Origin: Chloroflexota bacterium
Lineage (GTDB): Bacteria > Chloroflexota > Dehalococcoidia > Lucifugimonadales > UBA3495
Reading direction: 5' to 3'
Length of the DNA stretch: 64,000 bases
NCBI GenBank assembly: GCA_027623675.1
Contig: JAQBVF010000009.1
Coordinates: forward strand, 32,001 to 96,000
The translations under genes were made by a program, and so were the position numbers. Numbering within the stretch: position 1 is the first letter of the stretch; every line of letters starts with the position of its first letter. The notes beneath the pieces were generated by a model. It saw only the letters and a program-made list of their open reading frames with translations, made no database searches and was not told the DNA's origin. Shown piece by piece: positions 49,272 through 59,183 of this stretch.

Positions 49272-50408
49272 CTATTCGTCGTCCACATGCTGCAGGGCTA
49301 TCTCTTTGTGGACGTTGGCGTCGCCGTAGGTCAACTCGTGGACCTTGGCCCGCCGGGTGTATAGCTGCAGGTCGTAATCTTTGGTGAAACCGATGGCGCC
49401 GTGGCATTGGTGCGCCGTGCCGCACACCCGCCGGTATGCCGGGCCGATCCAGGCCTTGGCCATGGCGACCCCTTTCTTGGCCGGCAGACCCTCAGCCAGC
49501 CGCCACGCCGCTTGGTAGGCGATGTTCTTGGAGCCTTCGACGTCCGTGGCCATGCGCGCGCAGTGGTGCTGCACAGCCTGGAAGCTTCCGATGGGACGGC
49601 CGAATTGGGTGCGGCCCTTGGCGTATTCGACGGTCATCTCCAACACGGCCTGGGCGCCGCCCAGCATCAGGATGCACTGGGCCGCCGTGGCCCGCAGGAT
49701 GGCCCGGTCCAAGATGGGCCAACCCTGGCCAACGCCGCCGATAACCGAGTCGGCGGGAAGTTGTACCTGGTCCAAGTTCACTTCAAACACCCGCTCGTGG
49801 CCGATCGAGCGCATGGGCATTATCTCCAAGCCGGCAGTACCTGACGGCATCAAGAAAAGGGTGATGCCATCGGCCGGGTCGGACCCTGACGATGTCCGTG
49901 CCGCGACAATCATCATATCGGCGGCCTCGGCGTCGGGAACGAACAGCTTGGTTCCGGTAACCTCATAGCCGTCGCCCTGTTTGCTGGCCGAGGCTTGTAT
50001 CCCCCAGGGTTCGTAGGTGGCGCTGGCTTCATTTAAGGCCATGGTCATGGTCAAAGTGCCGGCACAGATACGGCCCAGCAGGTCATCCTTCTGCGCCTCG
50101 GAGCCGCCGTCGAGCACGGTCATGCCGCCAAGGACCACGGTGGAGACGAAGGGGCCGGGGGCCAACGAGCGGCCGATCTCTTCCAGCAGCACACTCAGGT
50201 CAGCGAAATTCCCCCCGGTGCCGCCGTACTGCTCGGGGAAGGCCACGCCGGTCCAGCCAAGACCAATCATCTGGCGCCAAAGGTCATCGGTGTACCCGCG
50301 CGAGTCGCCTTCCATCTCCCTGACGTGGGTGAGAGGGCACTCACGGGACAGGAAATCCTGGGCGCTGGTCTTGAGCATCTGCTGTATCTCGGTTAGGCCC
50401 AGGTCCAT
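49272..50408 (-). CDS. Acyl-CoA dehydrogenase family protein (non-catalytic beta-subunit type)
   Basis: EEIGRSLAPGP, RTQFGRPIGSFQAVQH, HGAIGFT; ends YGD rather than the canonical EG motif. Confidence 0.9.
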   Translation of the reverse strand: MDLGLTEIQQMLKTSAQDFLSRECPLTHVREMEGDSRGYTDDLWRQMIGLGWTGVAFPEQYGGTGGNFADLSVLLEEIGRSLAPGPFVSTVVLGGMTVLDGGSEAQKDDLLGRICAGTLTMTMALNEASATYEPWGIQASASKQGDGYEVTGTKLFVPDAEAADMMIVAARTSSGSDPADGITLFLMPSGTAGLEIMPMRSIGHERVFEVNLDQVQLPADSVIGGVGQGWPILDRAILRATAAQCILMLGGAQAVLEMTVEYAKGRTQFGRPIGSFQAVQHHCARMATDVEGSKNIAYQAAWRLAEGLPAKKGVAMAKAWIGPAYRRVCGTAHQCHGAIGFTKDYDLQLYTRRAKVHELTYGDANVHKEIALQHVDDE

Positions 50409-50507
50409 CTCGTTTCTCCATTCCGAATCATCAACGCAGGTTCGTGCCTATGCCTGGCACGTTAAGCGCGGACAGTATAGCCCATCGCCCTGCGGCAGGG
50501 TAGGGGT

Positions 50508-50894
50508 TTAGGCCTTGGACGCCTCAACCTCAACCACGATCTCAACCGGGGTGTTGCGGGCGACGATTATCTCCATGTTTTCGGCGCCGTCATTGATCGG
50601 CTGATGGACGGCATCCGCCGGCACGTAGATGAAGTCGCCAGGGCCGATGGGCAACTCAGTCTCCAGGTTGTCGCCAATGACGAACCGCCCGGTTCCCTTG
50701 ACCACGTAGATGGCCGACTCGCAATTGACGTGGTAGTGGGCGCTGGAGGCACAGTGGGGCGGGATGGTGGCGATGGCCAGGTGGATGCCTGTGGACCCGG
50801 TAAGTTTCTCGGAAACGCCGGCCAGCCGCGTCATGGCGCCGGATTGAATCTCGACCTCCAGGCCGTCTGGATGGACCACTTTTATCTCGGGCAT
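50508..50894 (-). CDS. Cupin domain protein
   Basis: AHYH..ESAIYV and GDFIYVP..VH motifs. Confidence 0.88.
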   Translation of the reverse strand: MPEIKVVHPDGLEVEIQSGAMTRLAGVSEKLTGSTGIHLAIATIPPHCASSAHYHVNCESAIYVVKGTGRFVIGDNLETELPIGPGDFIYVPADAVHQPINDGAENMEIIVARNTPVEIVVEVEASKA

Positions 50895-50910
50895 GTCTAG
50901 AACTCCTGGG

Positions 50911-50948
50911 TGATGTCTAAAACCTGATGTCTAAATGCTGATGTCTAG
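50911..50948. repeat. Three TGATGTCTA direct repeats, 14-bp period
   Basis: Copies at 50911, 50925 and 50939. Confidence 0.75.
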
Positions 50949-52111
50949 AAGCTGCGGACCATTTTGTCCAACTGGCAGATGGCCTTCTGGATGTTCTCCC
51001 GGGAGTTGGCGTAGGAAAGGCGGACGTATCCCTCGCCGTACTCGCCGAACGCGCTGCCCGACAGCAGAGCAACCCCGGCGTCATTCATGGCCCGCTCTTC
51101 GAACTGGGCGCTGGTTAGGCCGGTCTCTTTGATGCTGGGAAAGACGTAGAATGCGCCCTCTGGCTCCGGACAATTGATGCCGGGGATGCTGCGAAGTCCG
51201 TCGGTGATCAGCCGGCGGCGCAGGCCGAATTCGGCAATCATGGCCTCGACTTCGTCCCTGGGTCCTTCCAGCGCCGCCACTGCCGCCATCTGGGTGAAGG
51301 ATGCCACGCAAGAAACGCTGTTCGCCGCCAGATTCACCAGGTGGGGCACTAACTCCTCCGGCAATATTCCGTAGCCCATTCGCCAGCCGGTCATGGCATA
51401 GCTCTTGGAGAACCCGTCCAGGATGATGGTGCGCTCCTGCATTCCGGGGATGGACGATATGCTGAAGTGCTCGCCGGTGTAGAGGATGTCTTTGTAGATC
51501 TCGTCGGCCATGACGTAGAGGTTCGGGTGCTGCTTGACCACGTTGGCGATGGTCTCCAACTCCTGCCTCGTCAGGGCTGATCCGCAGGGGTTCTCCGGAG
51601 AGTTCAATATCAGCAGCCGGGTTTTGTCGGTGATCAAGCCGGGAAGAGCGTCCAGGTCGGGGTGGTAGTCCTTCTCTTCCAGAAGCCTCATTGGCACCGG
51701 TGTGGCGCCGGAAAACTTAATCATGGACTCATAGATGGGAAAGCCAGGGTTGGGGTAGATGACCTCAACGCCGGGCTCGGCCAGGGCCAGCAGCACGTAG
51801 AACATGATGGGCTTGGCGCCGGGCGTCACCACCACGTGGGCCGGGTCGGTGTCCGTCCCGCGGACCTCACGGCTGTTCCGGGCGATGGACTCGCGGAGTT
51901 CGGGCAACCCGGCGGTGGGGCCGTAGTGGGTGAAGCCGTCGCTGATGGCCTGCATGCCGGCTTCGACGATGTGCCGGGGCGTCTCGAAGTCGGGCTCGCC
52001 GATCTCCAGGTGGATTATCTCCTTGCCCTGGGCCTCCAATGCCCGGGCCTTGGCCAGCACTTCAAATGCCGACTCCGAGCCCAGGTCGTTCATGCGGGCG
52101 GCTACTGTCAT
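50945..52111 (-). CDS. PLP-dependent aminotransferase class I/II (aspartate aminotransferase-like)
   Basis: IGEPDF, NSPENP, DEIY, GFSKSYAMTGWRMG. Confidence 0.93.
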   Translation of the reverse strand: MTVAARMNDLGSESAFEVLAKARALEAQGKEIIHLEIGEPDFETPRHIVEAGMQAISDGFTHYGPTAGLPELRESIARNSREVRGTDTDPAHVVVTPGAKPIMFYVLLALAEPGVEVIYPNPGFPIYESMIKFSGATPVPMRLLEEKDYHPDLDALPGLITDKTRLLILNSPENPCGSALTRQELETIANVVKQHPNLYVMADEIYKDILYTGEHFSISSIPGMQERTIILDGFSKSYAMTGWRMGYGILPEELVPHLVNLAANSVSCVASFTQMAAVAALEGPRDEVEAMIAEFGLRRRLITDGLRSIPGINCPEPEGAFYVFPSIKETGLTSAQFEERAMNDAGVALLSGSAFGEYGEGYVRLSYANSRENIQKAICQLDKMVRSF

Positions 52112-52326
52112 CGGTCCTCCGGGATCAAGAACTTCCTGTTTAAGATTCGCTTAAGAACCCACGCCCGCACCCGCTCACCAATCAACGATCCACGCCACAC
52201 TCCACTTGCCATCAACCAATCAACGCAAGACGCCGTTCATCCTGAGATTGTCAAAGAATCTAGCCTGTCGCGATCTGGCGCTGTGTTTCCGTGGGCGCCA
52301 TTCTCAGTCCGGATACTCAGGCCTCT

Positions 52327-53517
52327 TTATTCAGACTGGACCTGGTTCTCGGTGCGCACGGACAGCCCGTAGATCTTGATGAAACCCTCGGCTGAGCCGT
52401 GGTCGAACTCGTCGGTCCGGTCGTAGGTGGCCAGGCCGTGGTTGTACAGGGCTTTGGGGGAGCGGCGTCCCACCACCGTTGCGGTCCCCTTGTGGAGGCG
52501 GACCTTGATGTCGCCGGTGACGAACCGCTGGGTGCTCTGCACATAGGCGTTCAGATCGGCGCGGTGGGCGGTGAACCAAAGGCCGTTGTAGACCACATCG
52601 GCGTATTCCTGGGCGATGCGGGCCTTGGTTCGGGCCTGGTCCCGGGTCAGCGTCATGGTTTCAAGGGCGGTGTGGGCCGTATGCAGCAGTGTGGCCGCCG
52701 GGCATTCGTATATCTCCCGCGACTTGATGCCGACCAGCCGGTTCTCCATATGGTCGATACGCCCGATGCCGTGCTGGCCGGACAGAGTGTTCAGATGCCC
52801 AACCAGGCCGGCGCCGGCCATGCTTTCGCCGTCGACCGCCGTGGGGACGCCGGACTCGAAGTGAATCTCCACATAGGACGGTTCGTCGGGGGTTTCGGAC
52901 ACCGGATTGGTCCAGGCGTAAGCATCTTCGGGGGGTTCCAGCCACGGGTCTTCCAACTCCCCAGCCTCAACGCTGCGGCCCCACAGGTTCTCGTCGGTGG
53001 AGAACCGGCTGCGGTTGGCGTTGATGGGCAGGTTGCGTGCCTGGCCGTACTCGATCTCGTCGTCCCGGCTCATGCCCCAGTCGCGTATGGGCGCGATGAC
53101 CTCAATCTCCGGTCCCAGCGCGGCGATCCCGACCTCCAAGCGCACCTGGTCGTTGCCCTTGCCGGTGCAGCCGTGGGCGATGGCGTAAGCGCCGTGGGTT
53201 TTGGCCGCCTCCACCAGGTAGCGGGCGATCAGCGGGCGTCCCAGGGCGGTAGCCAGCGGGTATTGTCCTTCGTAGACCGTGCCGGCCTGAAGCGACGGAA
53301 AGAGGAACTCGTTGACCAGCGTGTCCTTGCCATCGACGGTCAGGGCTTCCAGCGCCCCGATACTGAGCGCGCGTTGCCGGATGGACTCCAAGTCCACCAT
53401 GCCAAGGTCGATGGTCAAGGTGATTATGTCGGCGTCGTATCTCTCCTGCAGCCAAGGGACCGCCACTGTGGTGTCCAGTCCCCCACTGTAGGCCAATACT
53501 ATCTTCGGTTTTGCCAT
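52327..53517 (-). CDS. argG: Argininosuccinate synthase
   Basis: LAYSGGLDT, HGCTGKGNDQVR, ENRLVGIKSREIYE. Confidence 0.97.
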   Translation of the reverse strand: MAKPKIVLAYSGGLDTTVAVPWLQERYDADIITLTIDLGMVDLESIRQRALSIGALEALTVDGKDTLVNEFLFPSLQAGTVYEGQYPLATALGRPLIARYLVEAAKTHGAYAIAHGCTGKGNDQVRLEVGIAALGPEIEVIAPIRDWGMSRDDEIEYGQARNLPINANRSRFSTDENLWGRSVEAGELEDPWLEPPEDAYAWTNPVSETPDEPSYVEIHFESGVPTAVDGESMAGAGLVGHLNTLSGQHGIGRIDHMENRLVGIKSREIYECPAATLLHTAHTALETMTLTRDQARTKARIAQEYADVVYNGLWFTAHRADLNAYVQSTQRFVTGDIKVRLHKGTATVVGRRSPKALYNHGLATYDRTDEFDHGSAEGFIKIYGLSVRTENQVQSE

Positions 53518-53563
53518 TAGTTAGTTAGGTTGCTCCAATAACTACGTTTCATTTCGGGCCGTG

Positions 53564-53793
53564 CTAGCGGTCAAGAATCTCCGTGAACTCAGTTGGCGTG
53601 ACTTGAGCGTCCCTTAGTATCTTCCGCATCAGCCCTCGGCCGATGTCCTGGCCGCTATGCACGCGGCAGTCACGATTCTATTATCCGGATGCCTTAGTCT
53701 CAGGTGCCTGCCACGCTGACTGATTACTCGGAAACTCGGTACCTCAAGGACACCGATGATGGGCAAAGCATGTAAGACAGGAAATCGAGCCAT
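53564..53793 (-). pseudogene. hicA: HicA toxin, frameshifted
   Basis: MARFPVL..FRVISQRGRHLRLRHPD, then a frame change to VHSGQDIGRGLMRKILRDAQV. Confidence 0.75.
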
Positions 53794-53799
53794 AAAGGC

Positions 53800-54017
53800 T
53801 TAGACTTGGATACCGCCAAATTCTGGTAGGCCGCTGTCGGACTCTTCCTCGAGACACATCCTTATAACCTCTTAACCTCTCGGATGTTAGGCACCACACC
53901 GTCAAGGGTCTTCCCCTGGGTGTAGCAGACCTTCAATTGAGGCACTTCTCCGACGAAGTACCCGTCTTCGTCTTTTTCGATGACTACATAGAATTCGCGG
54001 AATTCGCGATCTGGCAT
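53800..54017 (-). pseudogene. hicB: HicB antitoxin, frameshifted
   Basis: VVIEKDEDGYFVGEVPQLKVCYTQGKTLD..NIREV; an 8-bp tandem duplication at 53865-53880 breaks the frame before IRMCLEEE. Confidence 0.8.
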
Positions 54018-54045
54018 GACGGCCTCCAGTTCCTCGGACCCGGCC

Positions 54046-55236
54046 CTAGATGGTCGCCAGCGCGCTGCCCAAACGCTCAACCGCCTGGTCAATCTCTTCC
54101 CTGGTGACCGTCAGCGGCGGCATGAAGCGGATGGTGGTGGGCCGGGGCGCGTTCAGCAGCAAACCGGCCTCATTGGTGGCGGTCAGCACCTGGGGCGATA
54201 TCTCGCTCTCAAATTCCATGGCGGCCAGCAAACCCTTGCCGCGGACCTCGGAGATGAAAGAGAACCGCTCCTTGAGCCCGTTCAGGCTTGCCAGCAGATA
54301 CGGCTCCATCTCCTTGGTCTTGCCGGGGATGTCGTTATCGATGAGGAACCGGGTCCCCGCGTAGGCGGCGGCGGTGGTCAGCATGTTTCCGCCGAACGTC
54401 GAGCCGTGGTCGCCAGGCACCAAGGCCATGCAATGCTCCTTGGACAGGAACGCGCCGATGGGCACGCCGTAGCCCAGGCCCTTGGCCAGAGTCATAACGT
54501 CGGGCTCGATGCCGTATTCCTGGTAGCCAAACAAACTGCCCAACCGGCCCATGCCGGTCTGGACCTCGTCCAGTATCAGCAGGATCCCTTGCTTATCGCA
54601 CCAGTCCCTGACCCGTTGCAGATAGTCGGGCGCGGGGATGATCACCCCTGCTTCGCCCTGCACCGGTTCGATCATGACCGCCGCCGTCTTGTCGGTGGTG
54701 GCTTCCATAATGGCTTCCACATCGTTGTAGTCGACATGGACGAACCCTGGCAGCAGGGGGGTGAAGTTCTCTTGATAGTGGGGCTGGCCGGTGGCGGCCA
54801 CGGTTCCCATGGTCCTGCCGTGGAAGGAGTTCAGGGCGGTGATGATCTCGTAGGCGCCATCACGGTTGATCTTGCCGTAGCGGCGCGCCAGCTTCATAGC
54901 GCCTTCGTTGGCCTCGGCCCCGCTGTTGCCGAAGAAGACCCGGTCCAGGGCGCTGTTCTCGATCAGCGTTTCGGCCAACTGAAGCTGGGGCACGGAGTAA
55001 AACTGGTTGGACACCTGCACCAGAGTGGCGGCCTGATCGGCGATGGCCTTGGTCACCACTGGATGGCAATGCCCCAGTTGGTTAACGGCCCAGCCGGCCA
55101 CGAAGTCCAGATACTCTTTGCCGTCGGCGTCCCACGCCCGGGTGCCCTCGCCCCTGACCAACACCACCGGCTGGCGGCGCACGGTCTGGGCATAATACTT
55201 CTTCTCTACGTCGATCCAATCGCTGCTCTTGCTCAT
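54046..55236 (-). CDS. argD: Acetylornithine aminotransferase
   Basis: NSGAEANE, SFHGRT, EPVQGE, DEVQTGMGR, LAKGLG; in the arg cluster. Confidence 0.92.
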   Translation of the reverse strand: MSKSSDWIDVEKKYYAQTVRRQPVVLVRGEGTRAWDADGKEYLDFVAGWAVNQLGHCHPVVTKAIADQAATLVQVSNQFYSVPQLQLAETLIENSALDRVFFGNSGAEANEGAMKLARRYGKINRDGAYEIITALNSFHGRTMGTVAATGQPHYQENFTPLLPGFVHVDYNDVEAIMEATTDKTAAVMIEPVQGEAGVIIPAPDYLQRVRDWCDKQGILLILDEVQTGMGRLGSLFGYQEYGIEPDVMTLAKGLGYGVPIGAFLSKEHCMALVPGDHGSTFGGNMLTTAAAYAGTRFLIDNDIPGKTKEMEPYLLASLNGLKERFSFISEVRGKGLLAAMEFESEISPQVLTATNEAGLLLNAPRPTTIRFMPPLTVTREEIDQAVERLGSALATI

Positions 55237-55336
55237 TTCAGGTCTCCTCCCCAGGTTTCCGGCCAGTCATTCCGGCCGATCATTCCGGCCAACGATTCCA
55301 GTAGGTGTTTCACAGCCCGTCAGATCTGTTCAGGGC

Positions 55337-58072
55337 CTAAGGCTGGTTCGTGTCCATCGAGTCCCGTAAGCGGTCGACCGCATCTTGAAGCTCCTTCAGG
55401 GCTTCATCCAGTCCGGTAACCGCATCTTCGATAACCCGCAGGTCCTCCAAACTTGGAACTGCCTGGCCGTCCACACCTACCCCTCCGGCACCCGAAGGCG
55501 AACCATCAAGAGGTTCCCCGCCCTCCAGCAGCATGGCCAATCCCTCGCCGACGCTGTCAGCCATAACCACGTTGCTGCCGTCGGCCAGGATAACCTTCTT
55601 CAGCTGCGGAAATGCCAGCACTTCCGACTGGAGATATAAAGGCTCCACATAGATTATCGCATCGCCCACCGGTATGACCAGTAGCTGGCCGCGAATGATC
55701 TGAGACCCGGCCCCCGTCCACAATGTAAACTGCTGGGAGATGGCCTGATCATTCTCTATCCGGGCCTCCACCTGGCTGGGCCCGTCGACCTGCGGATCGC
55801 TGGGCACCGTGAAGGCGTTGAGCTTGCCGTAGTTTGCGCCGTCGTTCCGGGCGGTCAGCCAGCCGACCAGGTTCTTCTTCTCGCCGGCCGGGGTGAAGGG
55901 CAACATTAACACAAACTCTGCGCTATCGCCGCCGGGCATCTGCAGTATCAGATAGGAGGGGTGGATCGGCACGCTCCGCTTGCCGAACCCGGTCTGCACC
56001 GGTACGCCCCACTGGTCGGCCTGGTTGAAGAACACCAACGGATCGGTGATGTGATACCGCAGATACATGCCGGCCTGACGTGCGAACAGCCCGTTGGGGT
56101 AGCGGATGTGGGCCTGGAGGTCCTTGGGCATCTGGTCGAAATCCAAGAACAGACCGGGGAAAGCGCGGCGGTACATCTGCAGCAGCGGGTCGTTGGTATC
56201 CATGACATAGATGGACACTTCCCCGGTGTAGGCGTCAACCACCGCTTTGACGCTGTTCCTGATGTAATTGAATCCGGCTTCAGTTTGGGTGGAATAAGGG
56301 TAGCGGTCGGTGGTCGTGAAGGCGTCCTGCAGCCACCACAGTTTGCCGGCCTCGTCCACCACTGGGTAGGGGTCTTCGTCCATGGTCAAGAATGGGGCCA
56401 AAGCCTGCACCCGGTCGCTTATCTGACGCCGGTATTGGATGCGGGTATCCGAGGATATCTGGTCGCTGAGCATGATGTTGATATCCAAAAACTGCCAGGC
56501 ATAAGCCAGGCGCCGGAAGGTCGAACCCAGGGAGACGCCGCCGTCGCCATCGTAGTGGACTTCGCTTGCAGAAGGGTCTATCTCTGGCGCCGAGCTGTTC
56601 ACGATGGCAAAGGGCGCCGGCGATTCCCCGTAATACAACTCCGGCCTGACGATGGGAATCTCCCCTCGGATCGGTATGTCCTGGATCAGGAATTCGGGGC
56701 GTCCCTCGTCGGGGGTGAAACCGGTTGCCGGGCTCATGGCTACGCCGTACCCGTGGGTGTACTGGAGGCGGCGGTTCACCCAGTTGCGGGCGTCGGCGGG
56801 TAGGCGCTCCGGGTCCAGCTCGCGTGCCGCCAACAGCACCTGCCGCAGCTGTCCGTCCACAACGTAGCGGTCCGAGTCCATGTTCAGGAAGTTGTAATAC
56901 AGCTCCATGAATTGGAGTTGGTTGTAGGCGTCGCCCAGCGGCTCCGCGTCCCAGAGGCGTATGTTCTCGATGACCGACCGGTTGTCGGCGATCAACTTGG
57001 CGTCGATGTTGCCCACCGCAGGCACGGCGGTCTCTTCCACTTGGTCCAGTTGGTAGGCGGCCCTGGTGGCCTGGATGTTCCGCTCGATGTAGGTCTTCTC
57101 CCGGTCGAACTCGTTGGGGTCAACCTGGAAGCGCTGGAACAGGGCGGGGAAGGCCAGGTTTGCCAAGAGCAACATGATGACCCAAAGACTGAACGACCCA
57201 GCGATGAGCCGGAGGCCGCCGAAACGGTAGCTGATGAAGAAAGCCCCCGCACTAATAGACGCGATACCGGTCATCAGCCAGAGCACCGGGATGCGGGCGT
57301 GGATGTCGGCATACCCGGCCCCTGCCACCAGCCCTCCCGGCGTTACGACCATCTCGTAGACGTTCAGAGCATGCCCAGCGGCTATGCTCAACATCAGCAG
57401 GCCGCCCAGGATGGCTATGTGCTTCAACATCCGGGGCGCTAGGAAGAAGTTCAGCCCCCGCAGACCGTAGATCCCAGCGTAGAGCAACAGCGACATCACC
57501 ACGGAGGTGATGAGGATGCCCATCACCCAACCTTGGATGAAATTCAGCATCCGTAAGGTGACTATGTAGAACGACAGGTCGTTGCCGAATTCGGCGTCGG
57601 ACACCCCGAAGGAAACCTTGTTGAAGAACAGGAGGAAGGTATCCCAGCGTCCTTCGGCGGCCGATCCGAATATGGGCGCGGCAGTCAGGACCGTTATGAC
57701 CGCCGCCGCCGCCAATAGCGCCTGCAGCAGCCGCATTGAATCGTCGGACACGGCCAGGGAAGAAGGGCCTCTGGAGAACCGGAAAGTGAAATAGAAGTTG
57801 ACCAACAAGGCCGCGGCAGTGACCGCCGTCCCGCCGATGAAGAGCCAGACCTTCAACACCAGTATCTTGGTAAAGGCATCCCGGTAGCCCAACTCGCCGA
57901 ACCACAGCAGGTCGGTGTAGACCGTGCGCAGCCACCACAAGATCAGGAACGCAAACAGAAGCCCAACGGCAATGATGCTGCCTTTACGGACCCGCCGCAG
58001 CATTACCGCCGATATTCCCGGCAGCGCCGGTCCTTCCGGGTGGTCGGCGTCGTTTGTCAGATCGTGGCTCAT
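55337..58072 (-). CDS. UPF0182 family membrane protein
   Basis: YTDLLWF, YIERNIQATR, YTHGYG, NYIRNSVK, YVEPLYL. Confidence 0.92.
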   Translation of the reverse strand: MSHDLTNDADHPEGPALPGISAVMLRRVRKGSIIAVGLLFAFLILWWLRTVYTDLLWFGELGYRDAFTKILVLKVWLFIGGTAVTAAALLVNFYFTFRFSRGPSSLAVSDDSMRLLQALLAAAAVITVLTAAPIFGSAAEGRWDTFLLFFNKVSFGVSDAEFGNDLSFYIVTLRMLNFIQGWVMGILITSVVMSLLLYAGIYGLRGLNFFLAPRMLKHIAILGGLLMLSIAAGHALNVYEMVVTPGGLVAGAGYADIHARIPVLWLMTGIASISAGAFFISYRFGGLRLIAGSFSLWVIMLLLANLAFPALFQRFQVDPNEFDREKTYIERNIQATRAAYQLDQVEETAVPAVGNIDAKLIADNRSVIENIRLWDAEPLGDAYNQLQFMELYYNFLNMDSDRYVVDGQLRQVLLAARELDPERLPADARNWVNRRLQYTHGYGVAMSPATGFTPDEGRPEFLIQDIPIRGEIPIVRPELYYGESPAPFAIVNSSAPEIDPSASEVHYDGDGGVSLGSTFRRLAYAWQFLDINIMLSDQISSDTRIQYRRQISDRVQALAPFLTMDEDPYPVVDEAGKLWWLQDAFTTTDRYPYSTQTEAGFNYIRNSVKAVVDAYTGEVSIYVMDTNDPLLQMYRRAFPGLFLDFDQMPKDLQAHIRYPNGLFARQAGMYLRYHITDPLVFFNQADQWGVPVQTGFGKRSVPIHPSYLILQMPGGDSAEFVLMLPFTPAGEKKNLVGWLTARNDGANYGKLNAFTVPSDPQVDGPSQVEARIENDQAISQQFTLWTGAGSQIIRGQLLVIPVGDAIIYVEPLYLQSEVLAFPQLKKVILADGSNVVMADSVGEGLAMLLEGGEPLDGSPSGAGGVGVDGQAVPSLEDLRVIEDAVTGLDEALKELQDAVDRLRDSMDTNQP

Positions 58073-58124
58073 GGATTATTCAACAGATGGCCCAGGCCGA
58101 CAGCATCACGGCCAAAAATGGGGT

Positions 58125-58940
58125 TCACGGCCTACCCGGCCCCCTGGAGTTGAAGCTCCCAACTATGGTGGTGCCAGTCGATTCGCCCCGCACGCAGTCT
58201 AATACCGCGTTCGGCTGCCTTCCGTCGACGATGTTGGCCAACGGAGACTTTTCCAGCGCCCGTAGACAGGCCGACAATTTGGGAATCATGCCGCCTTGAA
58301 TCACGCCCGAGTTAAACAAGATATTGGCACGCCGCCGGTCCAGCCGCCGGATGACCCGGCCACCGCCGTCCATGACACCGGCAACGTCGGTCAGGAAGAT
58401 AAGTTGTTCCGCCTCCAGAGCATACGCCAACTCTCCCGCCACGGTATCGCCGTTGATGTTCAGCGGACTACCCGCGTTCGCCGACCCATCCCGCACGTGA
58501 ACGCCGATCGGGGCGATCATCGGGATGAACCCGTTGTCCAGCACGGCCCTGATGAGGGCGGAGTTGACGCTGGTGACCTCGCCCACGAATCCAAGGTCGG
58601 GATTGCCAATCTTGGCCTCGACCATGCAGCCATCGACGCCGCTTAGACCAACCGACCGGCCACCGAACTCGTGCATCAGGGAGACCAGTTCCTTGTTGAT
58701 CAGACCGCCCAGGACCGCGACAACGATCTCAAGGCTGGGCGCGTCGGTCACCCGCAGGCCGCCCACGAACTGGGGCGCTAGCCCTTGGCGCTGCATCCAC
58801 TGGGATATCACATTGCCGCCGCCGTGGACCACCACCACCTCCCGGCCTTCCCCCTGCAGCCGGACCAGGTCCTTTAGGCTGGTGTCGTGACTTCCCAGGG
58901 TGCTGCCACCGATCTTTATGACTATCGGTTGGCCCGGCAC
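58125..58940 (-). CDS. argB: Acetylglutamate kinase
   Basis: VIKIGG, VHGGG, GLRVTD, NINGD, GGMIPK. Confidence 0.95.
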   Translation of the reverse strand: MPGQPIVIKIGGSTLGSHDTSLKDLVRLQGEGREVVVVHGGGNVISQWMQRQGLAPQFVGGLRVTDAPSLEIVVAVLGGLINKELVSLMHEFGGRSVGLSGVDGCMVEAKIGNPDLGFVGEVTSVNSALIRAVLDNGFIPMIAPIGVHVRDGSANAGSPLNINGDTVAGELAYALEAEQLIFLTDVAGVMDGGGRVIRRLDRRRANILFNSGVIQGGMIPKLSACLRALEKSPLANIVDGRQPNAVLDCVRGESTGTTIVGSFNSRGPGRP

Positions 58941-59183
58941 CGCTTCCTCCGAAAAAACAAACTCAGCAAATCAAAATACTCGAATCAAGATGATAAACGG
59001 GAGGGAGTGGGACCGGCTGCCGGAGTGGAACCTTGGATTTGGTTCCAGGAGAAGAGCCCAAACGCTGCTCGCAAAGCGGTCAGAGTGCCGTTGGGAACGC
59101 AGATGCCACGCCCGAATATTTACTCTGTAATCGGACGCAGCCTACGTATGTTTGGACAGCAAATGTTGGGACAGCAGAAAGGG

